NCBI GenBank assembly: GCA_963825865.1
Contig: CAWGVG010000052.1
Location: 1 to 57,907, forward strand
Length of the DNA stretch: 57,907 nt
Reading direction: 5' to 3'
From: an uncultured Nitrososphaeraceae archaeon
Lineage (GTDB): Archaea > Thermoproteota > Nitrososphaeria > Nitrososphaerales > Nitrososphaeraceae
Part shown: piece by piece, positions 32,543-43,406 of the stretch
How the letters are laid out: every line of letters begins with the position of its first letter
How positions within the stretch are numbered: position 1 is the stretch's first letter
The notes under the pieces: model-generated
What the model saw: the letters and a program-made list of their open reading frames with translations, nothing else
Database searches by the model: none
What the model was told of the DNA's origin: nothing
Translations under genes and position numbers: made by a program

Positions 32543-33013
32543 TTAATCGAATAAATGTAGTAGATCATTGGATAGGCTCCCAGTTGAATTCAATGATGAA
32601 GTGTCGTGACTTGTAATTGATGTCGAGCTATGGAAGTTATGGTGTTTTAATTTTGATGATGGGGGAGATGTCAATGTTAACGATGATGCGGGAGACTGTG
32701 TTAATTTTGATGATGGCGAGGATGGATGAGATGAAGATGGATCAGGTAATAATGATTGAGGTGCAAATATAGATGCTGGAGAGGGTACTAATTTTGATGA
32801 TGACGCTGAATAAGGCGAGGATGTTAATTTTGAAGACGGTATACTTGAATTAGTTATTGAAGTATCGCATAGCTGATTCTCTACACATGATGGAGAGCTA
32901 CTTTCAGAAACCCTCAAGGCTTGAGTTTGTTGCGGCTGCTGCCATACAAATGCTGTGACCATAAATGCAGCGGTCATTATTACTGCAACCATTGTTAAAG
33001 CTGTGCTGTTCAT
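32543..33013 (-). CDS. Secreted Ser/Pro-rich low-complexity protein
   Basis: Signal peptide, one Cys pair and four SSKL(T/V/K) repeats. Confidence 0.7.
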   Translation of the reverse strand: MNSTALTMVAVIMTAAFMVTAFVWQQPQQTQALRVSESSSPSCVENQLCDTSITNSSIPSSKLTSSPYSASSSKLVPSPASIFAPQSLLPDPSSSHPSSPSSKLTQSPASSLTLTSPPSSKLKHHNFHSSTSITSHDTSSLNSTGSLSNDLLHLFD

Positions 33014-33474
33014 GAAATTATAACCAGCATGTTGTTACTATAGTATATTTGATTTATTGCAAATCTTGCTATAATTTAAAACCAATATATTGAGCTGTAT
33101 GAGTTTTACAGTTTTATCAATTGTATCAACAATGTTATTACTACTCGTCATACTAGTATAATGTACTACATACATAGCTAAAAGGTTTTTGACAGCAAAT
33201 TGTTTAAGATTATTATGGTATTATATTGTGTATATCTTGATTAACTTTTCTCTGAATATATTAGAACAATATATCTATCGAATTGGAATGCATAACTGCT
33301 GATCAGAATCATACATTGAAATAGAATAATATTTTATACACTCACATTCTTTGTACTATATTACATAGTAAAAAGAGATTTCCATAATATACAGATAATA
33401 GTTATATGAATAATTGCACCTCAATTAATATTCTGAATAGTTATACGAAATAAGTCAGCATTAAATCATATTAG

Positions 33475-33515
33475 ATAAATCAGCATTAACCTACTCAAGT
33501 CAAATATACAGATGA
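33475..33515 (+). promoter_or_regulatory. 41-bp conserved upstream element, copy 1
   Basis: ATAAATCAGCATTAACCTACTCAAGTCAAATATACAGATGA; one mismatch to 34273-34313. Confidence 0.65.
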
Positions 33516-33538
33516 CATTGTACTGGTTGACGACGAAT

Positions 33539-33877
33539 ATGAACAACACAAAAACTTTAGCTATAGTTGCTGTCTTAATAGCGGCAACATTAGTAATAGT
33601 AGGAGTAACGTTCGCAGCTACAACACCAACAGCATCAGCAGCATATGGTCATAAGAAAGGAGGAAACGATAAGAAAGACAAGGAAAGAGATAATGGAAGT
33701 GCAAATGGTAATACAGATACCGTACAGATAGAAAAACAAAAAGCTTCAGTAAGTGGATTTGATAACACAGCAGAACAAGAGGCTCAAAACCTGATATGTA
33801 CTCATCCAAGCTCAACCTGTGTAAGTGAAGGCAGCGAATCTAACTCAACTGACACAACTGACAACGGCGGAGAATAG
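33539..33877 (+). CDS. Small secreted ICTHP-motif protein
   Basis: Signal peptide MNNTKTLAIVAVLIAATLV...ASA, a Lys-rich stretch, then SGFDN..EQEAQNLICTHP. Confidence 0.75.
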   Translation: MNNTKTLAIVAVLIAATLVIVGVTFAATTPTASAAYGHKKGGNDKKDKERDNGSANGNTDTVQIEKQKASVSGFDNTAEQEAQNLICTHPSSTCVSEGSESNSTDTTDNGGE

Positions 33878-33897
33878 AATAGCATCAGGCCATTAAG

Positions 33898-33935
33898 GGT
33901 AGTTCTTTATTACTACTACCAACTTACTTTTTTTT
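33898..33935 (+). terminator. Conserved hairpin plus T-tract
   Basis: Same 24-mer as 32191-32214 with GGTAGT/ACTACC arms, then oligo-T. Confidence 0.6.
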
Positions 33936-34272
33936 GTCCTTATGCAAAATACTGAATTTGTTATCGAGTATACCTATAATTATGTTATTTATTTTCTCTG
34001 TAATAACCTAATGAGTAATCGAAATCAAAAAATCCACAACTGTACAGCAGGTTAGTAGTCAGATTTTATACTAAATAAGTCAGTAATAACAAACAGTAAT
34101 AGCTCCATTGTATTTGATCTAAAACTTTAGAACCTATTATTATCTAACTGAACGCTTCGTTTCATCTATAACTTAGTAATAATTAATACTATTATCAATC
34201 GGTAAGTAAATACTTCACTAAATCTATATCGTCAATAGTTATACAAAATTATTTAGTAGTACATCATGTTAA

Positions 34273-34313
34273 ATAAATCAGCATTAACTTACTCAAGTCA
34301 AATATACAGATGA
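34273..34313 (+). promoter_or_regulatory. 41-bp conserved upstream element, copy 2
   Basis: ATAAATCAGCATTAACTTACTCAAGTCAAATATACAGATGA, 18 bp before the ATG at 34331. Confidence 0.65.
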
Positions 34314-34330
34314 TATCATATTGACAAAAT

Positions 34331-34849
34331 ATGAACAACATACTACAAAAAATCTAGCTGTAGCTGCTATTGTAGCGGCAATACTAGTAGTGGGAGGAAC
34401 ATTTGCAGCAACAGTAACGCAGTCAGCAGCAAGCATATGATCATAAGAAAGGAGGAGGAATCAAAGAAAATAGTAAAAATGGTAACACAGTTACCTTGCA
34501 GAAAGATAAACAAGACGGAACACAAAGTGGATTTGATACTTCATTTGAGGAAGAAGGTCAAAATCTGATATGTACTCATCCAGACAACAACGCGACTTGT
34601 TCACAAGAGGGAGCAGTGGCACCAGTAAAAAGAACTTGCGAACAATGTTTCACAACTATACTTAAACCAGAACAGATAACCACCGTTCTAGGTTCATCGG
34701 TATCAGTTGCACTGGCGTGCGCGACTTTTAATCAAGAAACAGAGGCTGACTTTAAAAACGGCCTAATTGTCTTAGGAATCCCCATGCAGACAGCAAATGA
34801 TCTAATCGCATGTCTATTAAAGGCTGGAATAGTGTTTAAACCTGCCTGA
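34331..34849 (+). CDS. ICTHP-motif secreted paralog with an extra Cys-containing C-terminal domain; 5' part frameshifted
   Basis: TKNLAVAAIVAAILVVGGTFAA...YDHKKGG...SGFDT..EEEGQNLICTHP then TCEQCF...ALACA...LIACL. Confidence 0.7.
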
Positions 34850-34961
34850 TGTTGTTGTTGTAAAGCTGCGAGATTAATTGTTGTATGCTCCCAACACACA
34901 TGTCTAATTTTTCCTTTTTATTGAGTATCTATCATCATATCGCCACCATCAATTAAAGTAC

Positions 34962-35093
34962 TATGTTACAATATTGTTATGTTACCAATTAATAGTAACA
35001 TAAATATGTATCATTCTAATTTTTCCTCTGTCAATGGCCTTACTGGAACCTGGTCCTTTCTTATCTTGAGTTTCTCAAATGTGTCTGCTTGTG
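34962..35093 (-). repeat. Dispersed repeat, copy A (gene tail KLKIRKDQVPVRPLTEEKLE* plus palindrome)
   Basis: Homologous to 36077-36240 (inverted) and 51238-51396; contains TTATGTTAC-N9-GTAACATAA. Confidence 0.8.
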
Positions 35094-35157
35094 TTTATTA
35101 AAAGGAAAGATACTATTATCCCTGTTACTGCTACAAAAGCAAACGGCCATCAACAGG

Positions 35158-35933
35158 TTGTAGATGTACTTTCCAAAGAAACAGGCCTCTCAATATCAAT
35201 TGATTATAACTACAAGTTTTTAGTGCTATTACCTATTGAAGCTGATGAAAACATAGAGGCACTCAAACATTACTATGGCGTTACTCAACAAGGCAAGTTG
35301 GTTGTCAGGGGTATAGAAATTAGTAGACATGATATTCCAAACTTTATAAAGCAATTTCAAACTGAATTGCTATACACGCTTTTTAATTGCAAAGATTCAG
35401 CTGAAGTGGAAAGCAAAGGATATGAAAATGCTCTTTTACTGGTCACCAAGGCAATAGATAAAATTATGACAGGTGAAGAGATTCAGCAACAAGATCTCGT
35501 GATTTCTAAATTACTTGGACAGGATATAGAAAAATACAAGAGTTTATTTCCCCATGTATCCGCTGCCATTCAATTAAGCAATACTGGGGGAGGTAAATAT
35601 CCAAGAAAAGGTGAAACTATTCAGTATATCTATACGGATTCACAGCACAAGAATCCCCTTTGCAGAGTTGTACCTTTAGAGATTTTACAAAAAGTAGGAG
35701 AAAAAGAGAAAGATGGTAAGGAGAATGGTAAAACTCTGAATTATTATGACAAGGATAAATACAGAGAAATGATACTTGATGCTGCAGAAACTGTATTAGG
35801 CTATTTTGGCTTTGATAAAACTGTTTATGAAAATCCTGGGAATAATAGAAAGAAAAAGAGAAAATGGTATAAGGAATTGCATGAAGAAAGAACAAAAGAT
35901 ATCCATGCAGAGATGATGATGGAAAAACATTAA
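35158..35933 (+). pseudogene. Family-B DNA polymerase C-terminal fragment of a second PolB lineage
   Basis: LKHYYGVTQQGKLVVRGIEISRHDIPNFIKQFQ, LVISK.L...Y...PHV.AA, GETIQYIYT, YDKDKY; no exonuclease domain or motif A. Confidence 0.85.
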
Positions 35934-36076
35934 GCTTAGTTGCCGGTCCAAAATATATAAGAATACTAAAAACCCATCTTACCAATAATTGCATAAGAAG
36001 GAACTACAGCTAAATTGTTCATAGCAATAACTAAACTTTTTAGCAATGTTATTCTCTATGAACAAGAGTTTTGAAG

Positions 36077-36240
36077 GGAAAAAAAGGATCAATCCCAGCA
36101 ATAATGCTTCACAAGCAGTATATATATTCAATAAACTCAAAGCAAGAAAAGATCAGATTCCAATAAGACCATTGACAGAAGGAAAATTATGATGATATAT
36201 GGTACTAATAATTGATATCTAACAGTGTTGCATTGCAACG
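36077..36240 (+). repeat. Dispersed repeat, copy B (ASQAVYIFNKLKARKDQIPIRPLTEGKL*)
   Basis: Only a few mismatches over ~100 bp to the reverse complement of 51238-51396; the palindrome is degenerate here. Confidence 0.85.
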
Positions 36241-36385
36241 CCTTGACTCTCGTTTCAATGCAAGCATTAAGGTACTATCCATTCTATTCTTGTATATGTG
36301 GCAGAAGTCTATAAATTTACTTTTAATGTCATTTAGGTGATAGAATGGAAATATTGTAGTTTGAATACAAAGAACAATCATATTA

Positions 36386-37959
36386 TTAAGCTGGTTCTGT
36401 ATGTACTATAATTCTGGAGGCTCCAGTATCTTTGATAATCTTATTTTGTATGTTTGTGGCTATTGTATGAGCCTCTTCTACTGTAGTAGTGGTTTTTTCT
36501 ATACCTGGTTTTATCTTTACTGTCAAAGTAATATGTCGTTCACCATTGACATCTACTACCCCAATATCACTACAATCAACTACTCGGTCAAAAGATAAAG
36601 CTATACTCATTATTTTCTCCATGTAGGGTTGATTGATTCTTTTTTTGAGTGCCTATTGCTACATATTCGCTAACCTCTGTTTCTATATGTGTAGTGGCTT
36701 TTCCTATTAAGGGAATCTCATCTTTAAGTCTTTTTTCAAAATTGTCTATGACTTTATGAGCAGTGTTAAGGTCAAGGCTAACGTCCATTTGTACATCAAG
36801 ATACAGATGCAGTAGTGATGGTTTGCTTTCCTTCTGAAGATCTGATAAATTCTTCTTAGAACTCGCTGTCACTCGTTTTTCCTTTTCGTCTCCACTTTCT
36901 CCTTCCGTAGCTTCTTCTTCTGATGATGACGGTATACCCGATAGATATATTGAATGAACATTCCTTATACCTTCTGTCTCTGCTGCAATAAGCCTGATTC
37001 TATCAGTTATTGTCTCGCCTGATGATTCTGTTGCATCTACATGCACTAATACATCAGAGTTTGGAAAGCTTTCTTTTACCTTTTCTTCAACAGCTGTCGC
37101 TACTCTATGAGTCTTTATCATGCGTATATGTTCTTGGAACTTCAATATGCATATCCACAAAGGTTTCTGATCCTACATTTCTAATGCGAACGTTGTGTGC
37201 TCTATCGACGCCCTCAAGTCCGGATACTGTTTCCAAAATTTGTTGTTGTGCTCCCTTAGGCGCCTTATCTAATAATACATTTAATGTTCTTCTTCCCAAT
37301 CCTAGTGATGTATATATTATCATTGCTGCTACAATAATTGCAGCAAAAGCATCAGCATTTGGTATTTTCAATAAGAATACTAAAATCAATCCCGCGATAA
37401 CAATGGCTGAGGATAGCATATCGGTTTTAAAATGCAAGGCATCTGCCTCTAACGCTTGACTACCATATTTTCTTGCAACCCTATATAATGACCTTGACCT
37501 TCCAAAATCGATAGCTATAGATACAAACATAATTGCAAACGAATACACTGTAATTTCTGGCTGAATGATTTTGAAGAATATCCTTTCTATGCCTTCATAA
37601 AATATCCACCCAGCTATTGCAAATAATAGAATTATCGCAGTTAAACTTGCTATACTTTCTATTTTAGCGTACCCATATGGATAGCTTAAATCTGGTGGCC
37701 TTATTGACATACGTATAGCATAAAGGGTCATCAATGCCGCTATAGTATCAAGCCCAGAATGAAAAGATTCAGATAAAATTCCAAGACTGTTTGTAGAAAA
37801 TCCTATAACAAGTTTTAGCATAGCAAGACTAATCGAAGCTGCAATAGAAATTGTAGCTACTTTGACCTTTTCGTTCTGTGCACTAGCTTTTGTTATGATT
37901 GATGCTCCTGCTTTTTGCTTATCTTCATGTACCTTATAGTAGTCACTATTATCTACCAC
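36386..37959 (-). CDS. Cation diffusion facilitator (FieF-like) with three C-terminal ZT_dimer domains, two frameshifts
   Basis: SESFHSGLD, YPYGYAKIE, ADALHFKTD, and three (V/T)H(V/I/T)(D/E) domain ends. Confidence 0.9.
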
Positions 37960-38507
37960 AATTGACTTTCAAATACTTACAATATCATATATGTCTTATC
38001 TAAACTTTATAGTTAACTTTTAATGAATATTACTACCCTGTTTGCTATATATTGTAATATGTCTCAACTTGTCATACTTTATACAAAAAGCATAACAGGC
38101 TTATTTCATCTGGACTGTATGGCTGACACATACCATCGAAGTAAACTTCTATTTTTTGTATTGCCAAATCTTTTCGACTATTGCCATCTCTTGTACTCTT
38201 TCATTACAACTAATATCGTGGATATGATAGCGATCACCTAATATTATATCATAAGAATAGGAAATGAATATGAAAGAGGCTCATCTATATCTTTAATTTA
38301 TATCTTTATTTATCCAAATACATAACATCAAACTCAATTGCTAATCTTCTCCAGATATAGATGTCAAATCTCGGTGATTGCACTTTAATATATCACTTAA
38401 TAGTGCTCTTTCTATTTTCTTTATCTTTCTTACAATTAGATAAATGGTTCATAATATAGTAATATGAAGATTTTTATATGAATAATTGACAATGAAAGAG
38501 TAAACTT

Positions 38508-38972
38508 TTGTCATCCGAAATAATTACTCCAGCTAAACAACCAGTTAAAACTAAAAGTGATTTGGTTGAACAGGTCTTTGAAGCGATTTTAAAAAGTGGT
38601 GAGGGCGGCATATTCCAGACTGAGCTCTGTAAAGTATTTTCTCTGGATAGCAGAGATGGTTCCAGACTAGTGAGCAATTTGGAAAAGCGTTCACTCATCT
38701 CACGTGAAAAAACATTGTATAAAGGAAGGTGGACATACAAAGTAGTTGGAAAAAAATCACCAACCTTTACAGAATTTTCAAAAAAACCTATAGAAATAAC
38801 AAGTGTAGAAGATGCTCCGTGTTTTAGTTGCAGTTATCAGCATTTATGCTCATCAGAAGATGAAACAAGTGAGTATAGTCCTGCCAAATGCATGTGGATT
38901 GAAGAATGGGTTTTGAATAGTCACATCCGAACGATGACCACAGAAAAAAACTCTGAAAATTCAGAGATATAG
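38508..38972 (+). CDS. TFE-beta / RPC34-like transcription factor (winged helix + Fe-S Cys cluster)
   Basis: GIFQTELCK...DSRDGSRLV..LEKR.LI.REK...GRWTY followed by PCFSC.....C...SPAKC.WIEEW. Confidence 0.75.
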   Translation: MSSEIITPAKQPVKTKSDLVEQVFEAILKSGEGGIFQTELCKVFSLDSRDGSRLVSNLEKRSLISREKTLYKGRWTYKVVGKKSPTFTEFSKKPIEITSVEDAPCFSCSYQHLCSSEDETSEYSPAKCMWIEEWVLNSHIRTMTTEKNSENSEI

Positions 38973-39466
38973 ATATATATAGATATATAATCAGCAGAGA
39001 ATACTTAATGCCAATGCATTTTGCAGTAGATCATCTGCTAAATAATGCATCTTTAGTATGAGAAACGGGTGGTGTAATGATATGCTTGTCCTTATTCTTA
39101 CATCTTTCTGCTATGCAAACTAAATAGTTCATCCTGATTGATAGGTTTTATAATATGTGCGTCAAATAAAATCAAAACATGTGAGCCTGTACATCACTAT
39201 TATAGGTTCTACGGTAAAAATCAACTTATTTCCTTATCTTGTAACATTGAGCAGATAATTCACGGCTAAAGCCAAAATGTAGTTATAATTTATCTCTACT
39301 ACTAATTCCTGTGGTAGTAGTATACCAAATTTATATTAGACATGTCTATATCTTCATTTACTATTTTAATGTTAGTAAATCGCCATTTTTCATTTCCGAA
39401 TACACACTCTATTTTTCTAAAAATAATTTACAATCGTGACGAAGGTCAATTGCTATTGGGATGGAG

Positions 39467-39985
39467 TTAAAGCTCGCTGCTAAATAGTTTTGGGTAAGAG
39501 CTAAATCCAGATTCTATCTGAGCTTCACCTTCGACTTTCCACTTTATCTGTTTTGCTGCTTGGGGGTTCTGTACCATTTTGTTGAACAGCTTGGCGTTAG
39601 AATTTGAGTAAATTACTTCGAATGGTGATTTCAATGTCGTTGTAGAATTATAATAAAGCTGAGGTCTTCCATTAAGTGGAATATCCTCATAGGACAAAGT
39701 CCAATTGCCTAATGGCGTACCATCTGCAAATAACTGGTAGTCAATCCTCGACGTTGTCAATGTCTGTTGAGTGGGATTATATACATCAAAATAGACATTT
39801 AACTGGGGTTTTTGACTATCGTTTGTAATGTCCTGGCGTACAGCTTCTACCTTTGAGAGATTTATGGTAAGCCTATTTAGATCAGGTGGAAGTGTAATAG
39901 TGAGAATCAGCGGAAGTAGAATAATTATGACTGCAATCGCTGCAATTACTCCAATAAGAATAATCCTGCGCTTGCTGAGAAACAT
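39467..39985 (-). CDS. Membrane-anchored LEA_2/WHy-like protein
   Basis: N-terminal TM helix; FDVYNPTQQTLTTSRIDYQLFADG is LEA_2-like. Confidence 0.65.
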   Translation of the reverse strand: MFLSKRRIILIGVIAAIAVIIILLPLILTITLPPDLNRLTINLSKVEAVRQDITNDSQKPQLNVYFDVYNPTQQTLTTSRIDYQLFADGTPLGNWTLSYEDIPLNGRPQLYYNSTTTLKSPFEVIYSNSNAKLFNKMVQNPQAAKQIKWKVEGEAQIESGFSSYPKLFSSEL

Positions 39986-40972
39986 GGTAATTGTTCAATG
40001 CTAGCTGAACAAATAGTGAATTAAAACCTTTCTTCATATCATCTTATAGTATTAATAAAAAACGTAAGAGTGGCATTATTAGGGGTTTAAGTTACTGCCC
40101 ATTATTGCTTTTGTGGAGGATTTTGATAGTCATCTTCCAGCCAAACCTTTGTCGAAAGCAGTGGCAGAGCCCGCAGCTATCGGCTGGGGGGTCTTAACAA
40201 ACCAAATAGTACCTGTTGATTAGTATCTTAAATTCAGGTTTTGCTCTTAATGCTATTTTAAAATATGTATAGTCATTAGATTATCATAATCAGAAGTGGA
40301 AATGGTTCAGAGCTAGAACTAGGTCATCATCACCATTTCTGCGTAGTAACAGTACTTTTTTTATAAAATGCAGTCACAGATAAATGTTAAGAGCCTAGTT
40401 AATCGACAAATAAAATTCAAGGCATCCGTTAATGTATGTGGTCTTAAGTAGTGATAATATTTAGTCATGGATAATTTTATTAATAAAATAAAACTGAAGG
40501 AATCGATCATGACATATACATTTATATCTATTAATAGATATATTCTTTCTTTCACACTTCTCAGACGAATAGTTTGAGAGCAATACGCCCAGTCGATTTA
40601 CAGAAAATCAGAGATCGGGTGGAGCAGTAGATCATGTAATACCTTAGTATTGGAGACGTTATTCTCGTTCCTAATCCTATTCGATTAGTCTTTGTCAGAG
40701 CGGCACCTCAGGAAGCTCCACTATGCCACTAAGGCATGTAGTGATCACTAGCCCAGCACTTTTCAATCCCATTTTGTTCCATTTTTATAATATCGCTTAA
40801 TAAACAGGATTTACCTGCTCGTGGGCTGCCAAAATACTCGATCTTAACATATATTATAACTCACTCTTTTTTTTGAGCTAAATAGGAAAAATATGATATC
40901 AAGGAAAGAATTACTATTGTTTTTTAATAGTATTTATTTATTATTTTACTCTTGTTATTGATGTTGCCTTTA

Positions 40973-41101
40973 TTAGTGAGTATGTTCTTTTAGTTCCTGG
41001 CGGGAGTTAAAGCTTTTTCCACACGTTTCGCAACTGAAGGATGCATTAACATCAGAGGTTGATTCATCAGATTTTTCACCTGTATCTTTATAATTACTCA
41101 T
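40973..41101 (-). CDS. Small C2H2-like zinc-finger protein (42 aa)
   Basis: MSNYKDTG...FSCETCGKSFNSRQELKEHTH*. Confidence 0.65.
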   Translation of the reverse strand: MSNYKDTGEKSDESTSDVNASFSCETCGKSFNSRQELKEHTH

Positions 41102-41832
41102 TGTTATTATTTAGATTATAATATATTTAACTGCTTACTATCCACTAGTTACTTATTAACAATGGTGAATCTAAATAAGATGAAATAATAAAGCCTAAAA
41201 GCTGATGAAATTCTTCTGAGGAATATGAATTAACGAGTTAACCTTCAGAGTTAAGAGGATTCCTTTATCATATTCCATAATCCAGAAAAAGCGATATTTT
41301 CTCATAAATCAACACCACATATTCATTTCATAGGATATGTCGGACACTGACATTCGCTCATAAGAGATAGATGTTATGAAATCTATGTTTATAGCAAAGA
41401 TTTATGATCGAGCAGGATGACAATAGAAAAAACTCTTGTAATAATGGAAATAATAAAAAAGTCTAATCAAAAATAGACAATAATAGATAGGCAAGGGGTT
41501 GCGTATAGTAAACATAAAGTAGAGTAACTCACCGATTTCCTACAAGGTAATTATTGTTTGGGATTAAATTGGGAGATGATATTATGCCTAATTATGAATG
41601 TTATAAAATAGTTTGCAATTCTTTTGTTTCTCGTGATATTTTAATAATTCGCCATGGTCATTTAACTCCTGCTCCTTGCCTCCATAACTGTGACCTCCAC
41701 CATCTAATCTGTGCAATCATATTACATTTATGTCTGTTCGAACTTTTTTCTTCTAATACTCACCTTTCCATTTCGAGAATGGGAAAACCACAAGTGTAAC
41801 ATCTGGTTTCTCTTCAGATATTTTCGCGCTTG

Positions 41833-43026
41833 TCATACTATCACTTTAAACATTCTCTTATCAAAAAAAAGATTTTGACTAAGTATAATTTTTTGCCAAT
41901 AATCTTTTTCCCTATACTGTTTAGCTTGCGTATGTATCCTTCCAACCCTTTTACTTCTTGTTAATTTGGATGAAGATGATGAAGATGATGACAGTAGCGA
42001 TTTGCTTGGTCTTGATTGTATATACTGTCTATATTCCTCATCTACTTCTACGGCAGTTGTCAGTATTTTACTTTTTATAGATTGAGACGATTGCAAGAAC
42101 ATTTTTGTATCCTTTGGCAAACAATGTCCTCCAATCCCTTCTCTTGGTTCTAGAATGTGCACATTCCATTTAGTATTCAGAGCATCTCGTAATTCTGGAA
42201 AGTTTATGTTATTTGCTTGGCAGTATAAGTAAAGATCTTCAGCGAATGCAATTTGCAAATATCTGTGAGCATTTTCAACAATCTTTGTTAATTCAGCAAT
42301 TTCTATTTCTGAAACTGGATGCATAGGAATTCCCAGGCTTTTTCTTCGGCAATGATGTGCTACTACTTAAGTACCTGTGGAGTTAGTGTCTTTGCTTTCA
42401 GAATCATGATTGCTAACGATAGTGTCATTATATGTAAAAGTTGTTGCCATATTTCATAATTAGCATCCCAATATTTATGCCAAAAGAGGTATTTCCATTA
42501 TAGAACTGCAATGCTGTTTCAAGACAACAATTAGTAAACTCCACCAACAATGCGTAGTTGATTTACACCATGCTCTTTTTCTTCTAAAGAATACCATCTA
42601 TGGGGAGCATGAGCGACATGCAGTCTGTGATTGAGAATTTCAAATACTTTCTTTGATGTTCCCTTTGGAATGGTAATTTCTATTGATAGAAGTGCTCCAT
42701 TTCTCTTTGCTTCCTTTGAAATTCTTTCTACTATAGATAATAGACCATCTACTTGTGGAGAGAATATATCGTCAGATTTATGAGTAGAGACGCATAAAAC
42801 ATAAACATCAAAATCACTAAATCGTATCATCAGCCTTTCTTTATTCCTGCTGTTTTTTCTGCACGATCCATCGCTTCAGGGCTTATATCGTATCCATAGA
42901 CGTCATCAAATCCTCCTCTTTCTTTACATATTTAGCTACAGGAAGCCCTAATTGACCAAGCCCAACTATCAGAACTTTATTGAATTGTGTCTGTCTGCGT
43001 TGTTTTTGTTCTGTATATTGTACCAT
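41833..43026 (-). CDS. UDP-glucose/GDP-mannose dehydrogenase-like protein lacking the C-terminal domain, several frameshifts
   Basis: VLIVGLGQLGLP, YVLCVST, AELTKIVENAHR, GIGGHCLPKD (catalytic Cys). Confidence 0.8.
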
Positions 43027-43406
43027 ATAATTAATGACGTAGTGATATACAAAATTGGTAATATAACCATCGGGTAAGATTATCAATTAATTTGATTAAG
43101 CAACATATTATCTGTAAAATTAAATTAATCAATGTTCGGATTCTAGCTTACTAATAAAATTATTATAAAAATATTACCAGCATTTTTGCTCTAGAATATT
43201 TCTTAGGTTGTTATGCATATATGTATGGCTTTGAACTTCAATAAATTGATGAGATTAATGTGACATTTTAAGAAGGTTCCAAATTCTTTAATATAATTTT
43301 ATGGAAGCATAACTGGAAAATATCCAGTTGCTATAAATTTATATCTGAATTCAAGTAATTTACATGTTTCACAATACTTGAAGCCAAAACCAAATTAAAA
43401 CACTTT

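Noticed and set aside
34970-35005. Chromosomal dif site (TTATGTTA resembles a XerD arm)
   Set aside because: Arm orientation and spacer do not fit the 11-6-11 dif layout, and the motif is multi-copy.
34962-36240. Casposon or Polinton-like element (PolB with terminal inverted repeats)
   Set aside because: No cas1 or integrase, the PolB is only a C-terminal fragment, no target duplication was seen, and the repeats are gene tails.
40095-40200. Cobalamin riboswitch (GCCACTG on the minus strand)
   Set aside because: The other conserved boxes are missing and no B12-related gene is adjacent.
40560-40830. RNase P or SRP RNA (CAGGAAGCTCC resembles part of the RNase P P4 strand)
   Set aside because: I found no matching 3' P4 strand or SRP helix-8 motif; kept only as an unassigned candidate.
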